Assembly: GCA_963765895.1 (NCBI GenBank)
Contig: CAVXZB010000024.1
Coordinates: 32,001-96,000, forward strand
Direction: 5' to 3'
From: an uncultured Nitrososphaeraceae archaeon
Lineage (GTDB): Archaea; Thermoproteota; Nitrososphaeria; Nitrososphaerales; Nitrososphaeraceae
DNA: 64,000 nucleotides
The position numbers were made by a program, and so were the translations under genes. Positions 22,192 to 34,329 of this stretch are shown in pieces (the stretch's first letter is position 1; the number at the start of each line of letters is the position of its first letter). The notes beneath the pieces were generated by a model. The model searched no databases, was not told the DNA's origin, and worked only from the letters and a program-made list of their open reading frames with translations.

Positions 22192-23448
22192 CTAATTGCC
22201 TGTACCTATATCTCCAAATGTTCTTATTTTTATATCTAAAGGCTTCTTAAAATCAGTTGTTCTATGTCCTACAATATATTCAATACCCGCCTTGTTTGCA
22301 GCTTCCACCAGTCTTTGGGTGACTATTCCGTCTAGAACCAATACCTTTGCACCTTCTGTACTATTCAGGCGTTTTAGTAGATCTGATACCGGGACTTTCA
22401 GAAGAATTTTCATTGAGCCATCCAAAATTATGGCCTCTAATGTTTCATTAATCTGGGGGTAAACGTCTCTAACAACCGAAACAATTTGCTGATTATCTTG
22501 ATTGTCAACATCATTTCCAGCAGGAACCGTTTGGGCCTGGTTTGCCTCACGCTCTACAGCCATTGGATACTCTTGTCTCTCTCTTCTGTGAGTATGTTTT
22601 CTATCCGATAATTGCTCTGTGCTAACTACGTCTGGGATGCTGATCGGAGCCACCTCGCGTAGTATTTCTGCGAGCTCCAGTGGAGTACAATCCTCAACCT
22701 CTCTACCTGGAGGAGCCCTAACTACTCGATCCATCTTAACCATACCCTGCAACTCCTTTAGTATTAGATCACCTGCTCGATCACCATCCAAAAACGCTAC
22801 CACTCTTTTTCCGTCCGTAAGCTTTGTTATGGATTCGTCTATTTTTGCGCCCTCTATAGCAATAGCATTATCAAAACCTGCACGAAGAAGGTTTATCACA
22901 TCTGCTCGTCCCTCTACAAGGATAATCCAATCAGAATCAAAAACTCCGCTTCCACAGGCAAGTTGTGCCTTGCCAAACGCTGTCAACTTTCCTGGCTTGC
23001 TAGCATCATAGACATCCTTTAGCATTTCTTCTCCTTCGCTAATAGTTTTTGTTGCCCAATCCTGAACTATTTTCTTTGCTCGGTCCACGATAACTTTTTT
23101 CTTTATTGCTCTGATATCATCAATGCCGACGAGCCCGAATTTAGCTTGAAAGGGGCCTACCTTGTCGATACTTTCGATCGCAGCCGCTATAAGGGCTGCT
23201 GTAGAGATATCAGTACTCATTGGAATTAAGGCGTCTCCTCTTGCCATATTAGACCGAGTGTCAACATTTACCTCGATCCTTCCGACTTTTGAAACCTTTT
23301 GCAGTTCATTCAGATTCATTTCCGGGCCGAGGAGACCTTCTGTTTGTCCAAAAATCGCACCTATTATATCGGCCTTCTCAACTAAACCATCAACCTCGAA
23401 CTTTAATTTAACATGATACTTTACAATACCGGTACTGGGCAATTTCAT
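22192..23448 (-). CDS. dnaG: Archaeal DnaG (Toprim)
   Basis: VEKADIIGAIFGQTEGLLG, LVEGRADVINLL, DGDRAG. Confidence 0.95.
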   Translation of the reverse strand: MKLPSTGIVKYHVKLKFEVDGLVEKADIIGAIFGQTEGLLGPEMNLNELQKVSKVGRIEVNVDTRSNMARGDALIPMSTDISTAALIAAAIESIDKVGPFQAKFGLVGIDDIRAIKKKVIVDRAKKIVQDWATKTISEGEEMLKDVYDASKPGKLTAFGKAQLACGSGVFDSDWIILVEGRADVINLLRAGFDNAIAIEGAKIDESITKLTDGKRVVAFLDGDRAGDLILKELQGMVKMDRVVRAPPGREVEDCTPLELAEILREVAPISIPDVVSTEQLSDRKHTHRRERQEYPMAVEREANQAQTVPAGNDVDNQDNQQIVSVVRDVYPQINETLEAIILDGSMKILLKVPVSDLLKRLNSTEGAKVLVLDGIVTQRLVEAANKAGIEYIVGHRTTDFKKPLDIKIRTFGDIGTGN

Positions 23449-23531
23449 AACCTCATTATTATTAAGTGAATTTACGGAGTCATCGCTTGAATATAAGTGC
23501 TTTGACAGTACTTACTTCTGAAGCATTCCAA

Positions 23532-23969
23532 TCACGTATAGAAATAAAGGTCAGGTCGGGAACCTGTGATCCCCCAAAGGTAAGGCGCATAAGATGAAAG
23601 ATCCTCGACATGTCTTATCTTTCCGTTGTCAATGCCGGCCATTTTCTTTTTATATAATAAACTCACATTTCCTCCTCTATATTGTAGCTGGTTTAGCAGT
23701 TTTCTTGTCAAATGCTTTCCAGTTCTATCCATGTCGAACAACAAAATTATCTTCTTCTTAGCCAAAGAATGGCTGTCGACAAAATCCGTAACTCCCTTAA
23801 AATGGTTGAATACGCTTAGATTGCCATTGAATCCGGCGCTCGTTAGCGCTTTGACATCCCTCTTGCCCTCAACCACAATAACTGAACCATTTTCCGATTC
23901 CTTATTTAACATGAAGATGAAATCGTGCAATCTATTAAGCTTCTCATGATCAATAGGTCTAAAGATCAA
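23532..23969 (-). CDS. Small Toprim-domain protein
   Basis: VVEGKRDVKAL, LLFDMDRTG. Confidence 0.85.
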   Translation of the reverse strand: MIFRPIDHEKLNRLHDFIFMLNKESENGSVIVVEGKRDVKALTSAGFNGNLSVFNHFKGVTDFVDSHSLAKKKIILLFDMDRTGKHLTRKLLNQLQYRGGNVSLLYKKKMAGIDNGKIRHVEDLSSYAPYLWGITGSRPDLYFYT

Positions 23970-24158
23970 TTGAACTTATGTTACTCCGGTAGTGCCGACA
24001 TTTATTTTTTGTTATAATCCTTATATAGCTGTGAACTGAAAGATCCCAATTTTAATTAGCTCAAGGCGAGTAAACTTCGCATTCGTTACTATTACTATTA
24101 ATTTTCTCCCATTATATCTAGCTGAGAAGCAAAGTTATAATTATCGGCAAGTCATTAA

Positions 24159-24521
24159 ATGTATTCACCAGTGCTATTCGGTTCGTTCGTGTTAGAGATT
24201 GGTGGATCAGAATGGCTAATCATAATCCTGCTTGCGTTGATCTTGCTGTTTGGTTCGAAAAAAATTCCCGAGTTATCAAGAACCCTAGGAAGGGCAGCTG
24301 GGGAATACCAAAAAGCTCATCAAATGTTCAAAAGCCAAATGCAGAACGCCAACTTGGGCTATTCTAACGATGTGAATTTTGTGTCGCCAAACATAATTGG
24401 ACCAGTATCTAGCGAGAAGGAAAAATTGGCAACAATTGCAGATTCGCTTGGCATTATGTATTCGGATACCACAACTGAAGAGCAACTAAGGATTATGATA
24501 TCCGAGAGAATGAATGGGTGA
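24159..24521 (+). CDS. tatA: TatA/E family twin-arginine translocase subunit
   Basis: IGGSEWLIIILLALILLFGSKKIPELSRTLGRA. Confidence 0.85.
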   Translation: MYSPVLFGSFVLEIGGSEWLIIILLALILLFGSKKIPELSRTLGRAAGEYQKAHQMFKSQMQNANLGYSNDVNFVSPNIIGPVSSEKEKLATIADSLGIMYSDTTTEEQLRIMISERMNG

Positions 24522-24646
24522 TACTTTTAAAATAGGTCCGCAGTCCAGATAAGAAATTGGAAAATAGATAAGATAATAAGTTCTGATATTGTACGAGATG
24601 TCAATAGATTCAACACTTAAATATATCGATTTTTTGAATCACTACA

Positions 24647-25916
24647 ATGTCAAAATCAGACAACGATGTCACTCTAAACCCTTTCGAAATAGCGCTCAAA
24701 CAATTAGATGAAGCGGCTAATTTAATAAACCTTGAATCAGGCATGCGAGATGTGTTGGCTAATCCTAAACGTGTACTCACTGTCTCACTTCCTATTAAGA
24801 TGGATAATGGAAAGATACGAGTTTTTACCGGATTTAGATCTCAACATAACGATGCGAGAGGACCATTTAAGGGTGGTATACGCTATCATCCTCAAGTGAC
24901 TGTAGAAGAAGTCAAGGCATTATCTATGTGGATGACATGGAAGTGTGCAATAGCTGATATTCCTTACGGGGGTGGCAAAGGCGGAATAATTTGCAATCCT
25001 AAGGAAATGTCGGAGATAGAATTAGAACGGCTGACGAGACGATACGCTTATTCTATAGCTGATATAATTGGTCCTAGGACTGATATTCCTGCCCCTGATG
25101 TGTATACGGGAGGAAAAGAGATGGCATGGATTATGGATACTTATTCTGCTCTTAAAGGAAATTTCGGTCAACCTGAAATAATCACTGGCAAGCCTCTTTC
25201 AATTGGAGGCTCATTGGGTCGAACTGAAGCCACCGGCAGAGGATTGACGTTTACAGTACGAGAAGGCAGCAAAGAAATTAGCAGTTGACTTGAAACAAGC
25301 TACTGTAGCAATCCAGGGCTTCGGAAACGCCGGACAGTATGCTGGGCAGTTACTAGAGGATCAAGGAGCTAAAATAGTGGCAGTTTCAGATTCCAGGGCT
25401 GCTGTCTTCAATAAAAATGGACTAAATGTGGAAGGTCTGAGAAATCATAAGGAAAAGAATGGTTCTGTGGTAGGCTTTCCTGAAGCCAAAGCTATATCTG
25501 GTGAGGAAATCATTGAGACTGAATGCACGATCTTGATACCAGCAGCACTTGAAAATCAAATTACGCAGAAAAATGCCTCAAGAATAAGCGCAAAAATTGT
25601 AGCAGAGGCAGCAAATGGTCCCACTACTCCCCAGGCTGACGAAACATTGTTTAAAAATAAAATCCTGTTAATCCCCGATATTTTAGCAAACGGGGGTGGT
25701 GTAACTGTATCTTATTTTGAATGGCTACAAAATCTACGTAGAGAGTACTGGACTGAATCTGACGTTAACGAGAGATTGGATAAAAATATCTCGAAGGCCT
25801 TTGCTGACGTTTACAATACTCATGAAAAACATGGAGTAAACATGAGAAAAGCCAGCACTCTGTTGGCTATAGAAAAAGTCGCAGAGGCGACACGGATCAG
25901 GGGTCTTTGGCCTTAG
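24647..25916 (+). CDS. gdhA: Glutamate dehydrogenase, +1 frameshift near 25263 (two ORFs in track)
   Basis: GPFKGGIRYHP, GGGKGG, DIPAPDV, GFGNAG, EAANGP, SYFEW; removing one base gives VREAAKKLAVDLKQ. Confidence 0.95.
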
Positions 25917-25943
25917 ATTACGGCCTATTATTTTCCTCCTTGC

Positions 25944-26294
25944 TTATTCGGTATTAAATGAATGTCCGCATGAACAGCTCTTCGTAACATTGGGATTATT
26001 GATTTTAAATCCAGAACCCATAAGGCTGTCTACGTAATCCACGTTTGCTCCTTTAAGATACCTCTGACTATATCCATCAATTAACACCTTTACTCCGTTC
26101 TGCTCTATTACGCTGTCATCTTCCTCTGGCTTCTCTTCAAATCCCATACCATATGACAGACCCGAGCATCCACCACCAGAAACGTAAACTCTAAGATACA
26201 AACTATTATTTCCTTCCTGTTTCATAAATTCAGCCACCTTCTCTGCTGCCTTGGTGGTAATCGTTATTACTTGGCTTTGTTGTGTGCTCTCCAT
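25944..26294 (-). CDS. A-type Fe-S carrier (IscA/HesB/ErpA)
   Basis: GGGCSGLSY, NPN...CSCG.SF; start MESTQQ at 26294. Confidence 0.93.
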   Translation of the reverse strand: MESTQQSQVITITTKAAEKVAEFMKQEGNNSLYLRVYVSGGGCSGLSYGMGFEEKPEEDDSVIEQNGVKVLIDGYSQRYLKGANVDYVDSLMGSGFKINNPNVTKSCSCGHSFNTE

Positions 26295-26403
26295 TTTGCT
26301 ATATTTAGGCTTAATAAATATAATAACTTTTGCTTTCAATACTATTGAATTTTTTACCTCACAACAAATTATCAAAAAATTTGATGATTACCCACGCCTG
26401 CAG

Positions 26404-28521
26404 TCATTGCTTGGTCAGATTAGACCACTTTGCGAGAGTGCTTGCAGCACTGACCCATGTAGTAACAGAATCGTAGACTGGAACATTCCTATCTTCTATT
26501 TCTCTAGAAATTTTTTTCGTAAAAGGTCCTCCCATCGCTCCGACTAGTATAGGCTTTTTCATTAGCTTTTGAAAACCTCCCAGAACATCCACTATGTTCT
26601 CTTCCAAGGGATCATCCTGGAATACAAACCAAGGCATAACGATATCGACATTTGGATCATCCAAAAAGGCTTGGATCGCAAAGCTATAATCACTAGTATT
26701 CGCTGAACCAGTAACATCACAAGGGTTACCAATCACATAAGTTGGCGGATAGTGATCTTTTAGCTTTTGCTTTGTCTCCTCTGTTATCTCTGCTAGCTGT
26801 AGGCCGAGCCTATCAAATTGATCTATGGCTGCAATGATTGGTCCTGCTCCGTTTGTCACCATTGCTACTCTATTACCAGATGGAACAGGTTGCCATGTTA
26901 ATGCCTTAAGTGATCCAGTAAGTTCCTCATAACTATCGACTGAGATAATTCCGGCTTGGTCAAATGCGCCCTTTACTACCTTGTAGGTTCCTCCAAGTGA
27001 ACCAGTATGCGAAGCAGCCTGTTTTGCACCTCTGGAACTACGGCCGTTCTTAAATACTACAATTGGCTTTTTCCTATTTTTAATTACATCTTTGGCTGCA
27101 TTTATAAACTTGCGCCCATCTCCTAGTCCTTCTACATAAAGACCTAAAACTTTTGTTTCAGGGTCTTCTGACAGATACCAAATCATGTCTGCCTCATCAA
27201 CATCTGATCGATTTCCGTATGAAATCATCTTGCTCATCCCAAATGAATCAGCGGTCTCCATGAACGCTATACCCACGGTGCCGCTCTGGGATAGAAAAGC
27301 AACATCTCCCTTCTTAGGTCGTAACATCCTCTGATGTCCCTGGAACGCACAATCTAGCCGATTATCGCCATTGAATACGCCTATGCAATTCGGCCCAATG
27401 ATTCTGATACCCAGGCTACTCGATAACTCCTTTACCTGTTGTTCAATAGCTGCGCGCTCTCCACCTAACTCTTTTCCGCCACCTGAAATAATCACCATAT
27501 TGTGAATGCCCTTAGCTCCACTTGTTCTGAGCAAGTCAGGAACAAATCTGAGATCGACTGTTACAACAACAAGCTCGATTAGATCTGATATATCCTCAAG
27601 GTTTTTGTAGGATTTAATTCCCAGTATTTCCGGATAGCCCTTGGCATTGACAGGATAAACTTTCCCCTTATACTCATGTTTGACAAGGCTTTCTAGAACT
27701 GAGTTGCCTATTTTCCCAACTTCTGGAGAGGCCCCTATCAATGCAATTGCTTTGGCGTTAAAAAAGAGATCCATATATGTAGAATTAGGTTTTGCCATTG
27801 AAATAATGTCTGAATTGATACTGTCTCTTAAGATTATCTTTGCATCTACCACGCAATAATCTCGGGGGTATAATATTACCGGATTAAAGTCAACACTTTC
27901 GAAATAGGGCGCTAAATCAATCCCTAGTCTCCCAATATTCAATAGAGCGTCCTTTAATACACCAATGTCAATAGCTTCTGAACCCCGGAAGCCCTTCAAA
28001 AGCTTCGAGCCTTTTAGATCTTTTAACATTTCCTCAGCATCATTTTCATTAATAGGAAGAACTCTGAAGGACACATCTTGAAAGACTTCTGTAAGTATCC
28101 CGCCCAATCCAACCATTAGAACCGGTCCGAATTGGGCGTCGTTTTGTAGACCAATTATTATCTCAATTCCTGGAGGAACCATTTTTTCTAACAGGATACC
28201 CTTTATTGGATATTGCTTTGACAATCTATCATACATTTCCGAAAAGACCGCCTCGGCTTCTGAACCTGACTTTATCCCAACCTTGACTCCCTTTACATCA
28301 GTCTTGTGCAGAATCTCTGGTGAAACCACTTTGGCTACCAATGGAAAACCGATCTCAGTAGCCTTCTTCTCTGCCTCACCAGGAGTAGTAACGAGAGCAT
28401 AAGGGGGCACCTTGATTCCATAATCAGCAAGAAGCTTCTTTGAGGACTCTTCGGTAATTACTTTTTGATCGAGTGCTAATGTACTATCAAACATCTCTTT
28501 TAGGTTAGTTTTAACGCTCAT
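26404..28521 (-). CDS. ADP-forming acyl-CoA ligase, probably 3-hydroxypropionyl-CoA synthetase of the thaumarchaeal 3HP/4HB cycle
   Basis: N-terminal ATP-grasp (HKTDVKGV), CoA-binding GPNCIG, AASHTG phospho-His; 705 aa; domain order and sequence match my recollection of N. maritimus Nmar_1309. Confidence 0.85.
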   Translation of the reverse strand: MSVKTNLKEMFDSTLALDQKVITEESSKKLLADYGIKVPPYALVTTPGEAEKKATEIGFPLVAKVVSPEILHKTDVKGVKVGIKSGSEAEAVFSEMYDRLSKQYPIKGILLEKMVPPGIEIIIGLQNDAQFGPVLMVGLGGILTEVFQDVSFRVLPINENDAEEMLKDLKGSKLLKGFRGSEAIDIGVLKDALLNIGRLGIDLAPYFESVDFNPVILYPRDYCVVDAKIILRDSINSDIISMAKPNSTYMDLFFNAKAIALIGASPEVGKIGNSVLESLVKHEYKGKVYPVNAKGYPEILGIKSYKNLEDISDLIELVVVTVDLRFVPDLLRTSGAKGIHNMVIISGGGKELGGERAAIEQQVKELSSSLGIRIIGPNCIGVFNGDNRLDCAFQGHQRMLRPKKGDVAFLSQSGTVGIAFMETADSFGMSKMISYGNRSDVDEADMIWYLSEDPETKVLGLYVEGLGDGRKFINAAKDVIKNRKKPIVVFKNGRSSRGAKQAASHTGSLGGTYKVVKGAFDQAGIISVDSYEELTGSLKALTWQPVPSGNRVAMVTNGAGPIIAAIDQFDRLGLQLAEITEETKQKLKDHYPPTYVIGNPCDVTGSANTSDYSFAIQAFLDDPNVDIVMPWFVFQDDPLEENIVDVLGGFQKLMKKPILVGAMGGPFTKKISREIEDRNVPVYDSVTTWVSAASTLAKWSNLTKQ

Positions 28522-28731
28522 TGACTATGCCTCCAAAAGAAGGACTGCTTCTAATTAACTTTTACTTCAAAGACAAAATCTCGACCCATCTACCACTGGT
28601 CCAAATATCAGTCTCAGTTTTGTTCGCTGCGGTAATAGTGTATTTCAGTCAGACTCTTGTATTGCTAATAAATTGATAGGGAGAGATCGGCCGATTATAT
28701 CGTATCTCACCTAAAAATGTGAGTACGTTCA

Positions 28732-29430
28732 TTATTTATATGCAGCCACAATAATAGCGCCGCCCATAAGTCTAGAATTAAATTCAACTTTGGAGAACCT
28801 TCTCAGTAAATTTTTGAGCTCTGAGTTTCTGGGCCACTTCAAGTACGTGCCATATAGTGTCCTGAACTTTAATCCTTTTTTACCCGCGGCTGCGTAGGCA
28901 AGTATCCTGAGTAAGTATTTCAGATAAAACGAAACCCCCATTCTTTTCAAGAACGAATCTGGTTTACCCAAATCTACGATAACAAGCAAGCCTCCGTCGC
29001 GTAATATTCGATGCATTTCAGAAATAGCTTGTTCAAGATGGATTGCGTCACGCAAGGAGTAGCCGCAGAGTATAACATCGAAAGCCCCATTTTGAAATGG
29101 CATATACTCAAAAATGCCTGAAGATAGTGCTGTTGAAAAATTATTATCAAACATTTCCTTTGCTCTTCTGAGCATATCAATAATTGGATCATACATTATC
29201 AAAGTTAGTTCACCATTAGCCTCCTCGTGTGCCATCCTGGACATATTACCATAGCCAGATCCTGCATCTAATACGATGCTTTTAGGTAATATCCTGCCTT
29301 CCATTCCTAGACGGCGATACTTGACATCTTTGCCTAAAGATATAGCTGAATTGACTTTGTCGTAGACGGGAATTACATAACGCAGGACTTGTATTACCTC
29401 GTTCCAATATTTCTCGCCAAGTCCTGACAA
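28732..29430 (-). CDS. UbiE/MenG-like SAM methyltransferase
   Basis: YDKVNSAISLG.D..YR, VLDAGSGYG, MPF...FD. Confidence 0.8.
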   Translation of the reverse strand: MSGLGEKYWNEVIQVLRYVIPVYDKVNSAISLGKDVKYRRLGMEGRILPKSIVLDAGSGYGNMSRMAHEEANGELTLIMYDPIIDMLRRAKEMFDNNFSTALSSGIFEYMPFQNGAFDVILCGYSLRDAIHLEQAISEMHRILRDGGLLVIVDLGKPDSFLKRMGVSFYLKYLLRILAYAAAGKKGLKFRTLYGTYLKWPRNSELKNLLRRFSKVEFNSRLMGGAIIVAAYK

Positions 29431-29528
29431 AGGCGGTAACTCTTATCGAAGCACTCTATTATGGCTTTGTATTGATAGGTCTATCTAACCTGCCGACGTT
29501 GGCTAGTCGAGATTCCAAAAACTGATAA

Positions 29529-30200
<672 letters not shown>

Positions 30201-30305
30201 ACCTAGGTAGCGTTTCTGCGACTATCATTTCATGGATGGTTATTTAGTGCATATTCACAAAATCTTCCGGCAAAGTGTCAATCATGCAGAATAGTATTTG
30301 AAGTA

Positions 30306-30779
30306 TTGAGGAGATTTAGTCTCGCAGCAACTGGAGGAACTTTTGACATACTGCACGCAGGCCATTTTGCCTTGTTGTCAAAAGCCTTTGAAATCTCCAA
30401 TAAAGTAATAATAGGAGTCACAAGCGACGAGTTTGCTGCAAGGATGAAAGGGAAAGCCGAAATATACCATACCTACGAACTTAGGATAGCTGCCCTTAGG
30501 CAAGCAATTGGCAACAGATTTGGCAACGTGAATTATTCGATTAGCAAACTGCATACCAATTTCGGACCTGCTGTGGTTTTTGGAGAAGTTGAGGTTTTAG
30601 TGGCTAGTAGTGAAACTGCAGTCAGAGGTAAAGAATTGAATGAAATTAGACGTGCAAAGGGTTTGAAGCCTATTGAAATAGTGAGTGTTAAGTTGTTGAA
30701 AGCAGACGACGGTCAACCTATCTCATCCACACGGATAAGACTAGGTCAGATCGATAGTTCGGGCAGATTACTAAAATGA
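30306..30779 (+). CDS. coaD: Phosphopantetheine adenylyltransferase (archaeal type)
   Basis: GGTFDILHAGH, IGVTSD, ASSET, ISSTRIRLG. Confidence 0.9.
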   Translation: MRRFSLAATGGTFDILHAGHFALLSKAFEISNKVIIGVTSDEFAARMKGKAEIYHTYELRIAALRQAIGNRFGNVNYSISKLHTNFGPAVVFGEVEVLVASSETAVRGKELNEIRRAKGLKPIEIVSVKLLKADDGQPISSTRIRLGQIDSSGRLLK

Positions 30780-30852
30780 ACCGGAGGCTAGCTCAAAATC
30801 TTTTGATGCTTTATATTTTATCGTGATTCCGCTATCTGGGAAAGAGTAGAAC

Positions 30853-31185
30853 ATGGGAATTCTCAGTTACGATTCAAACGAAAAACTTGAACTAGCAATT
30901 TCAAATCTAAAAGATGGATTAGATCCAGAAAATCTTGCGTACTGGTACAAAAGGATCGAGGAAAAATCTAGAGAAATAGCCCCAACCCACCTGAGAGAAA
31001 AATTACATTTTAGGCAAGACCGGATATTGTGGATGAAATTCGAACTAAATATTTCAAAGAGGGCAGTTCCATATTTAATGCAAGCTATCGAAGAGTACAT
31101 TGAGATGATGCCTTATTCTACCGGCTTGTATTTCAGAAATGTCCAACAAATCGTCACTAATGAAGTCGTCAAACAACTTCGCTAA
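30853..31185 (+). CDS. Hypothetical protein
   Basis: 110-aa ORF, ATG start, TATA-like element upstream. Confidence 0.7.
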   Translation: MGILSYDSNEKLELAISNLKDGLDPENLAYWYKRIEEKSREIAPTHLREKLHFRQDRILWMKFELNISKRAVPYLMQAIEEYIEMMPYSTGLYFRNVQQIVTNEVVKQLR

Positions 31186-31306
31186 TTTAGAATGAAGCAT
31201 ATATTTACTTCTAAAAGATTCAAAATTATATAATTTATTTAACTGAATAATCATGAATAGAACAATTCTAAATTCTGAAGATTAACAAAACGCGGCCAAA
31301 TTCTAG

Positions 31307-31627
31307 TTACTCCAGGCGGTACTCGATGTGTAAGCGGGTACCTTCAAATCCGCTCGAGTACAATTCGCCTTTTCCATTAATGATTTCATTCATAATCTTT
31401 GTTAGATTCGAAACTGAAACTTCGTCTCTTAGTACAATACAATGAGATGATTTATCTGCGAGAGTGATGACTAGTTCATTATCTCTGGCCTTAATAGCTC
31501 TTATTAAACTTGAGTCATCCTTCTGTTTTGTTAAAAATGCTGCTAATTTTTCTGCTTCATAGCCGTCTTCACATTCTATTATATCTTTATATTCCATAAG
31601 GCTAGATTGAAGACGGATCGTTATCAT
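31307..31627 (-). CDS. Hypothetical protein downstream of trpS
   Basis: ORF following trpS; true start probably the internal Met (MEYKDI). Confidence 0.6.
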   Translation of the reverse strand: MITIRLQSSLMEYKDIIECEDGYEAEKLAAFLTKQKDDSSLIRAIKARDNELVITLADKSSHCIVLRDEVSVSNLTKIMNEIINGKGELYSSGFEGTRLHIEYRLE

Positions 31628-32789
31628 ACATAAATTCTTTTATAGAATCCTCAGCTTTTTCCCTACGCTTTTGGAAATTGGCAATAAATGGCTTGGCATC
31701 ATTCGTTAAATCAGCTTTGCACTCACCGCACAGGAGATTACCGATTTTGCATTTCAAGAATCTCTCATCTGATTCTCTTTCTGTATCAAAAAAATAGCGC
31801 AAGTACCAGAAAACCGGGCAAACGTTAGGATTTCCCCCAAGTTTTCGTTGCAATTCTACAGTTGCTTGGCCTCCAGTAAAGGCAGAAAGTATTTTCTTAT
31901 CAATAATTTCCGGGCTATCTGTGGTAAACAAAGCTGTATCAGGTTTTGAAGATGACATCTTTCCGGATATGCCTAGTCCAGGTACAAATTTACTATGTAT
32001 TTGTGCTGGTTTATAGTACCCCAGTTTCGTAGCAACGTCTCTAGTTACTCTCCAATAAGGATCTTGATCTATTGCCGCAGGAATCAGAACTGGAGTTGGT
32101 TCCTTTTCGATAACTGAAGGAAGAAAGCAGGTCGAAGCTTGAATAGGAGGAAAACCAATCATGCCTATATTACTAGAATTTGAAAAGCCGAAAACGGCTT
32201 TCGCTGTAGAAAAAGTGATATGCCTTGCTATTTCCGTAGCGATGGGGTACAAATACTGTATATGTTTAGAATCAACCAGAATTTTCGTCTTCTTGGGATC
32301 AAAGCCAGTTGCTATTATATCTAAAATATTTTCGTGGGTAAAATAGTCTATTCTCTCTTTACTGAGGTCTTGGTTAAAAAGAAATTTTTCATCGTCAGTA
32401 AGCTGGAAAATAAGTTTTGAATTAAATTTCTCCTGTAGATATTTTGAGAAAAGCCATGGCATGATATGGCCCATATGTACCATCCCGGATGGCCCTCTTC
32501 CTGTGTATAGATAAAATCTCTCGCCGTTTCGGTATTTCTCTAAAATCCAGTCCAAGTCACGGTGGGAATAGAAATATTCTAGACTTAACAATGGATGGAT
32601 CTCGCCAGTGATACTTCTAAAAGAATCAAGAATACTAGGACCTATGGCCTCTGTACCGAATTTGTCTATTAGTTTGTCATAGTCGACATGCCCCTCGACT
32701 TCCCACGGCGTAACTGAGAATATATCTTCGTTGCCTTCAGGTTCTTCTTCTTGAGATCTATCCGTTTGAGGGTCGGCATGCTTCACCAT
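31602..32789 (-). CDS. trpS: Tryptophanyl-tRNA synthetase
   Basis: VTPWEV, YTGRGPS..HMGH, DQDPY, KMSSS. Confidence 0.96.
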   Translation of the reverse strand: MVKHADPQTDRSQEEEPEGNEDIFSVTPWEVEGHVDYDKLIDKFGTEAIGPSILDSFRSITGEIHPLLSLEYFYSHRDLDWILEKYRNGERFYLYTGRGPSGMVHMGHIMPWLFSKYLQEKFNSKLIFQLTDDEKFLFNQDLSKERIDYFTHENILDIIATGFDPKKTKILVDSKHIQYLYPIATEIARHITFSTAKAVFGFSNSSNIGMIGFPPIQASTCFLPSVIEKEPTPVLIPAAIDQDPYWRVTRDVATKLGYYKPAQIHSKFVPGLGISGKMSSSKPDTALFTTDSPEIIDKKILSAFTGGQATVELQRKLGGNPNVCPVFWYLRYFFDTERESDERFLKCKIGNLLCGECKADLTNDAKPFIANFQKRREKAEDSIKEFMYDNDPSSI

Positions 32790-32861
32790 ATTTGTCTATA
32801 CAACTGGCCATCTTGGCTTAAAGGTTTAAAAGTGTTCTTCCATTGACAAGTTTAAGATTTA

Positions 32862-34329
32862 ATGAACGATACTGATATACTACATCCAATAGAAAAAGTT
32901 ATTTTGGGGGAACTTAGATCCGGGCGGCCCTTGAGTCTCGATGTTTTGGCTTCTACAACTGGCTTGAATATTGATCAGCTCAGAAGAGGTATAGAGCGAC
33001 TTAAATTCAAAGGCTGCATTCATGTTAGAGAATTCTCTAAAACAATAATCTCGCTGGGCTCCAATGGACTCGAGGCTATAGTCAAAGGAATGCCTGAACG
33101 CAGATTGATTAATGCTCTAAAAGCTGGATACAAAGATCTAAAATCCATCAAAAAAAGCGGTCTATTAGACGGAAGAGATCTTGAAGCAGCGGTGAACAAA
33201 GCAAAAATACAAAATAGATGGATTGAACAAAGCACTGCAGAAGCTGGCGATAGGATATTCATTCTAAATGAATCAGCAGATCAAACTTCACAAGAGGAAA
33301 AGCTGATCGAGCGTATAAGCAAACAAAGTATTCAAATTTCTGATCTCTCACAAGAGGAGCTTAATGCTCTAAACCTGCTCAGGAAACGTCCCAATTTTGT
33401 TAATGAGATAAACCACAAAGATATACAGTTAGAGGTGACTCCTTTAGGGTTGCAAGTTTACGATAGAACGGATCTGTTACCTAAATTGTCGAGTAAATTG
33501 AACGAAATTCCGATTGACGTTATTTCTCCTGTTAGTTCTGTATATCCTGGACGCACCCATCCTTTAACTGACTTAATTGAAGAAATAAAGGAGATATTTG
33601 TTAGCCTTGGCTTTACAGAAATTGAAGGGGAGACAATTCAACCAGCATTCTGGAATTTCGATGCCTTATTTATCCCACAAGATCATCCCGCAAGAGAGAT
33701 GCAGGACACTTTTTACTTGAAAGACATGAAGAGGATTGACACGGCTAGAAGCCAGCAGATCCAAGGGGTGTCTCAAACACACAACAAGTGGTGGAACTAT
33801 ACTTGGGATTTAGCCAAGTCCGAGAGATTGGTTCTACGCACTCACACGACTCCAGTTACATTAAGATACCTCGCAGATAACGGGACTGAAAATGCTCGAA
33901 TTTTTTCAATTGGTAAAGTATTTAGAAATGAAAAAATGTCTTACAAACACCTTGTCGAGTTTAGCCAGGTAGAAGGGGTTGTAACGGGCAGTAACGTGAG
34001 CCTAACTGATCTAATGGGCTTGCAAACAGAATTTTACAAAAAATTAGGCATTAAGAGAGTAAAATTTTGGCCGACGTACTTTTCCTTACACCGAACCTTC
34101 TTTACAATCTATGATATTTAATGATAATTTGGATAGATGGGTAGAGCTTTTTGGAATGGGAATATTCCGGCCACAGGTGACAGAACCACTTGGTATTATA
34201 AACCCAGTACTTGCTTGGGGAGGAGGAATCGAAAGAATTGCTATGCTTCGATTTGGCCTAAGCGACGTAAGAGAAATCTATAACAACAAATTGGATTGGC
34301 TTAGGAAAATTGCTAAATGCCGGTTGTAA
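32862..34329 (+). CDS. pheS: Phenylalanyl-tRNA synthetase alpha, +1 frameshift in a T-run near 34080
   Basis: WNFDALFIPQDHPAREMQDTF, LRTHTT, FRNE; correction restores PTYFPYTEPS; WGGGIER. Confidence 0.95.

Noticed and set aside
29489-29506. Partial match to the urea palindrome (GCCGACGTTGGCTAG); also near 52108
   Set aside because: Too many mismatches or an indel relative to the 18-bp consensus
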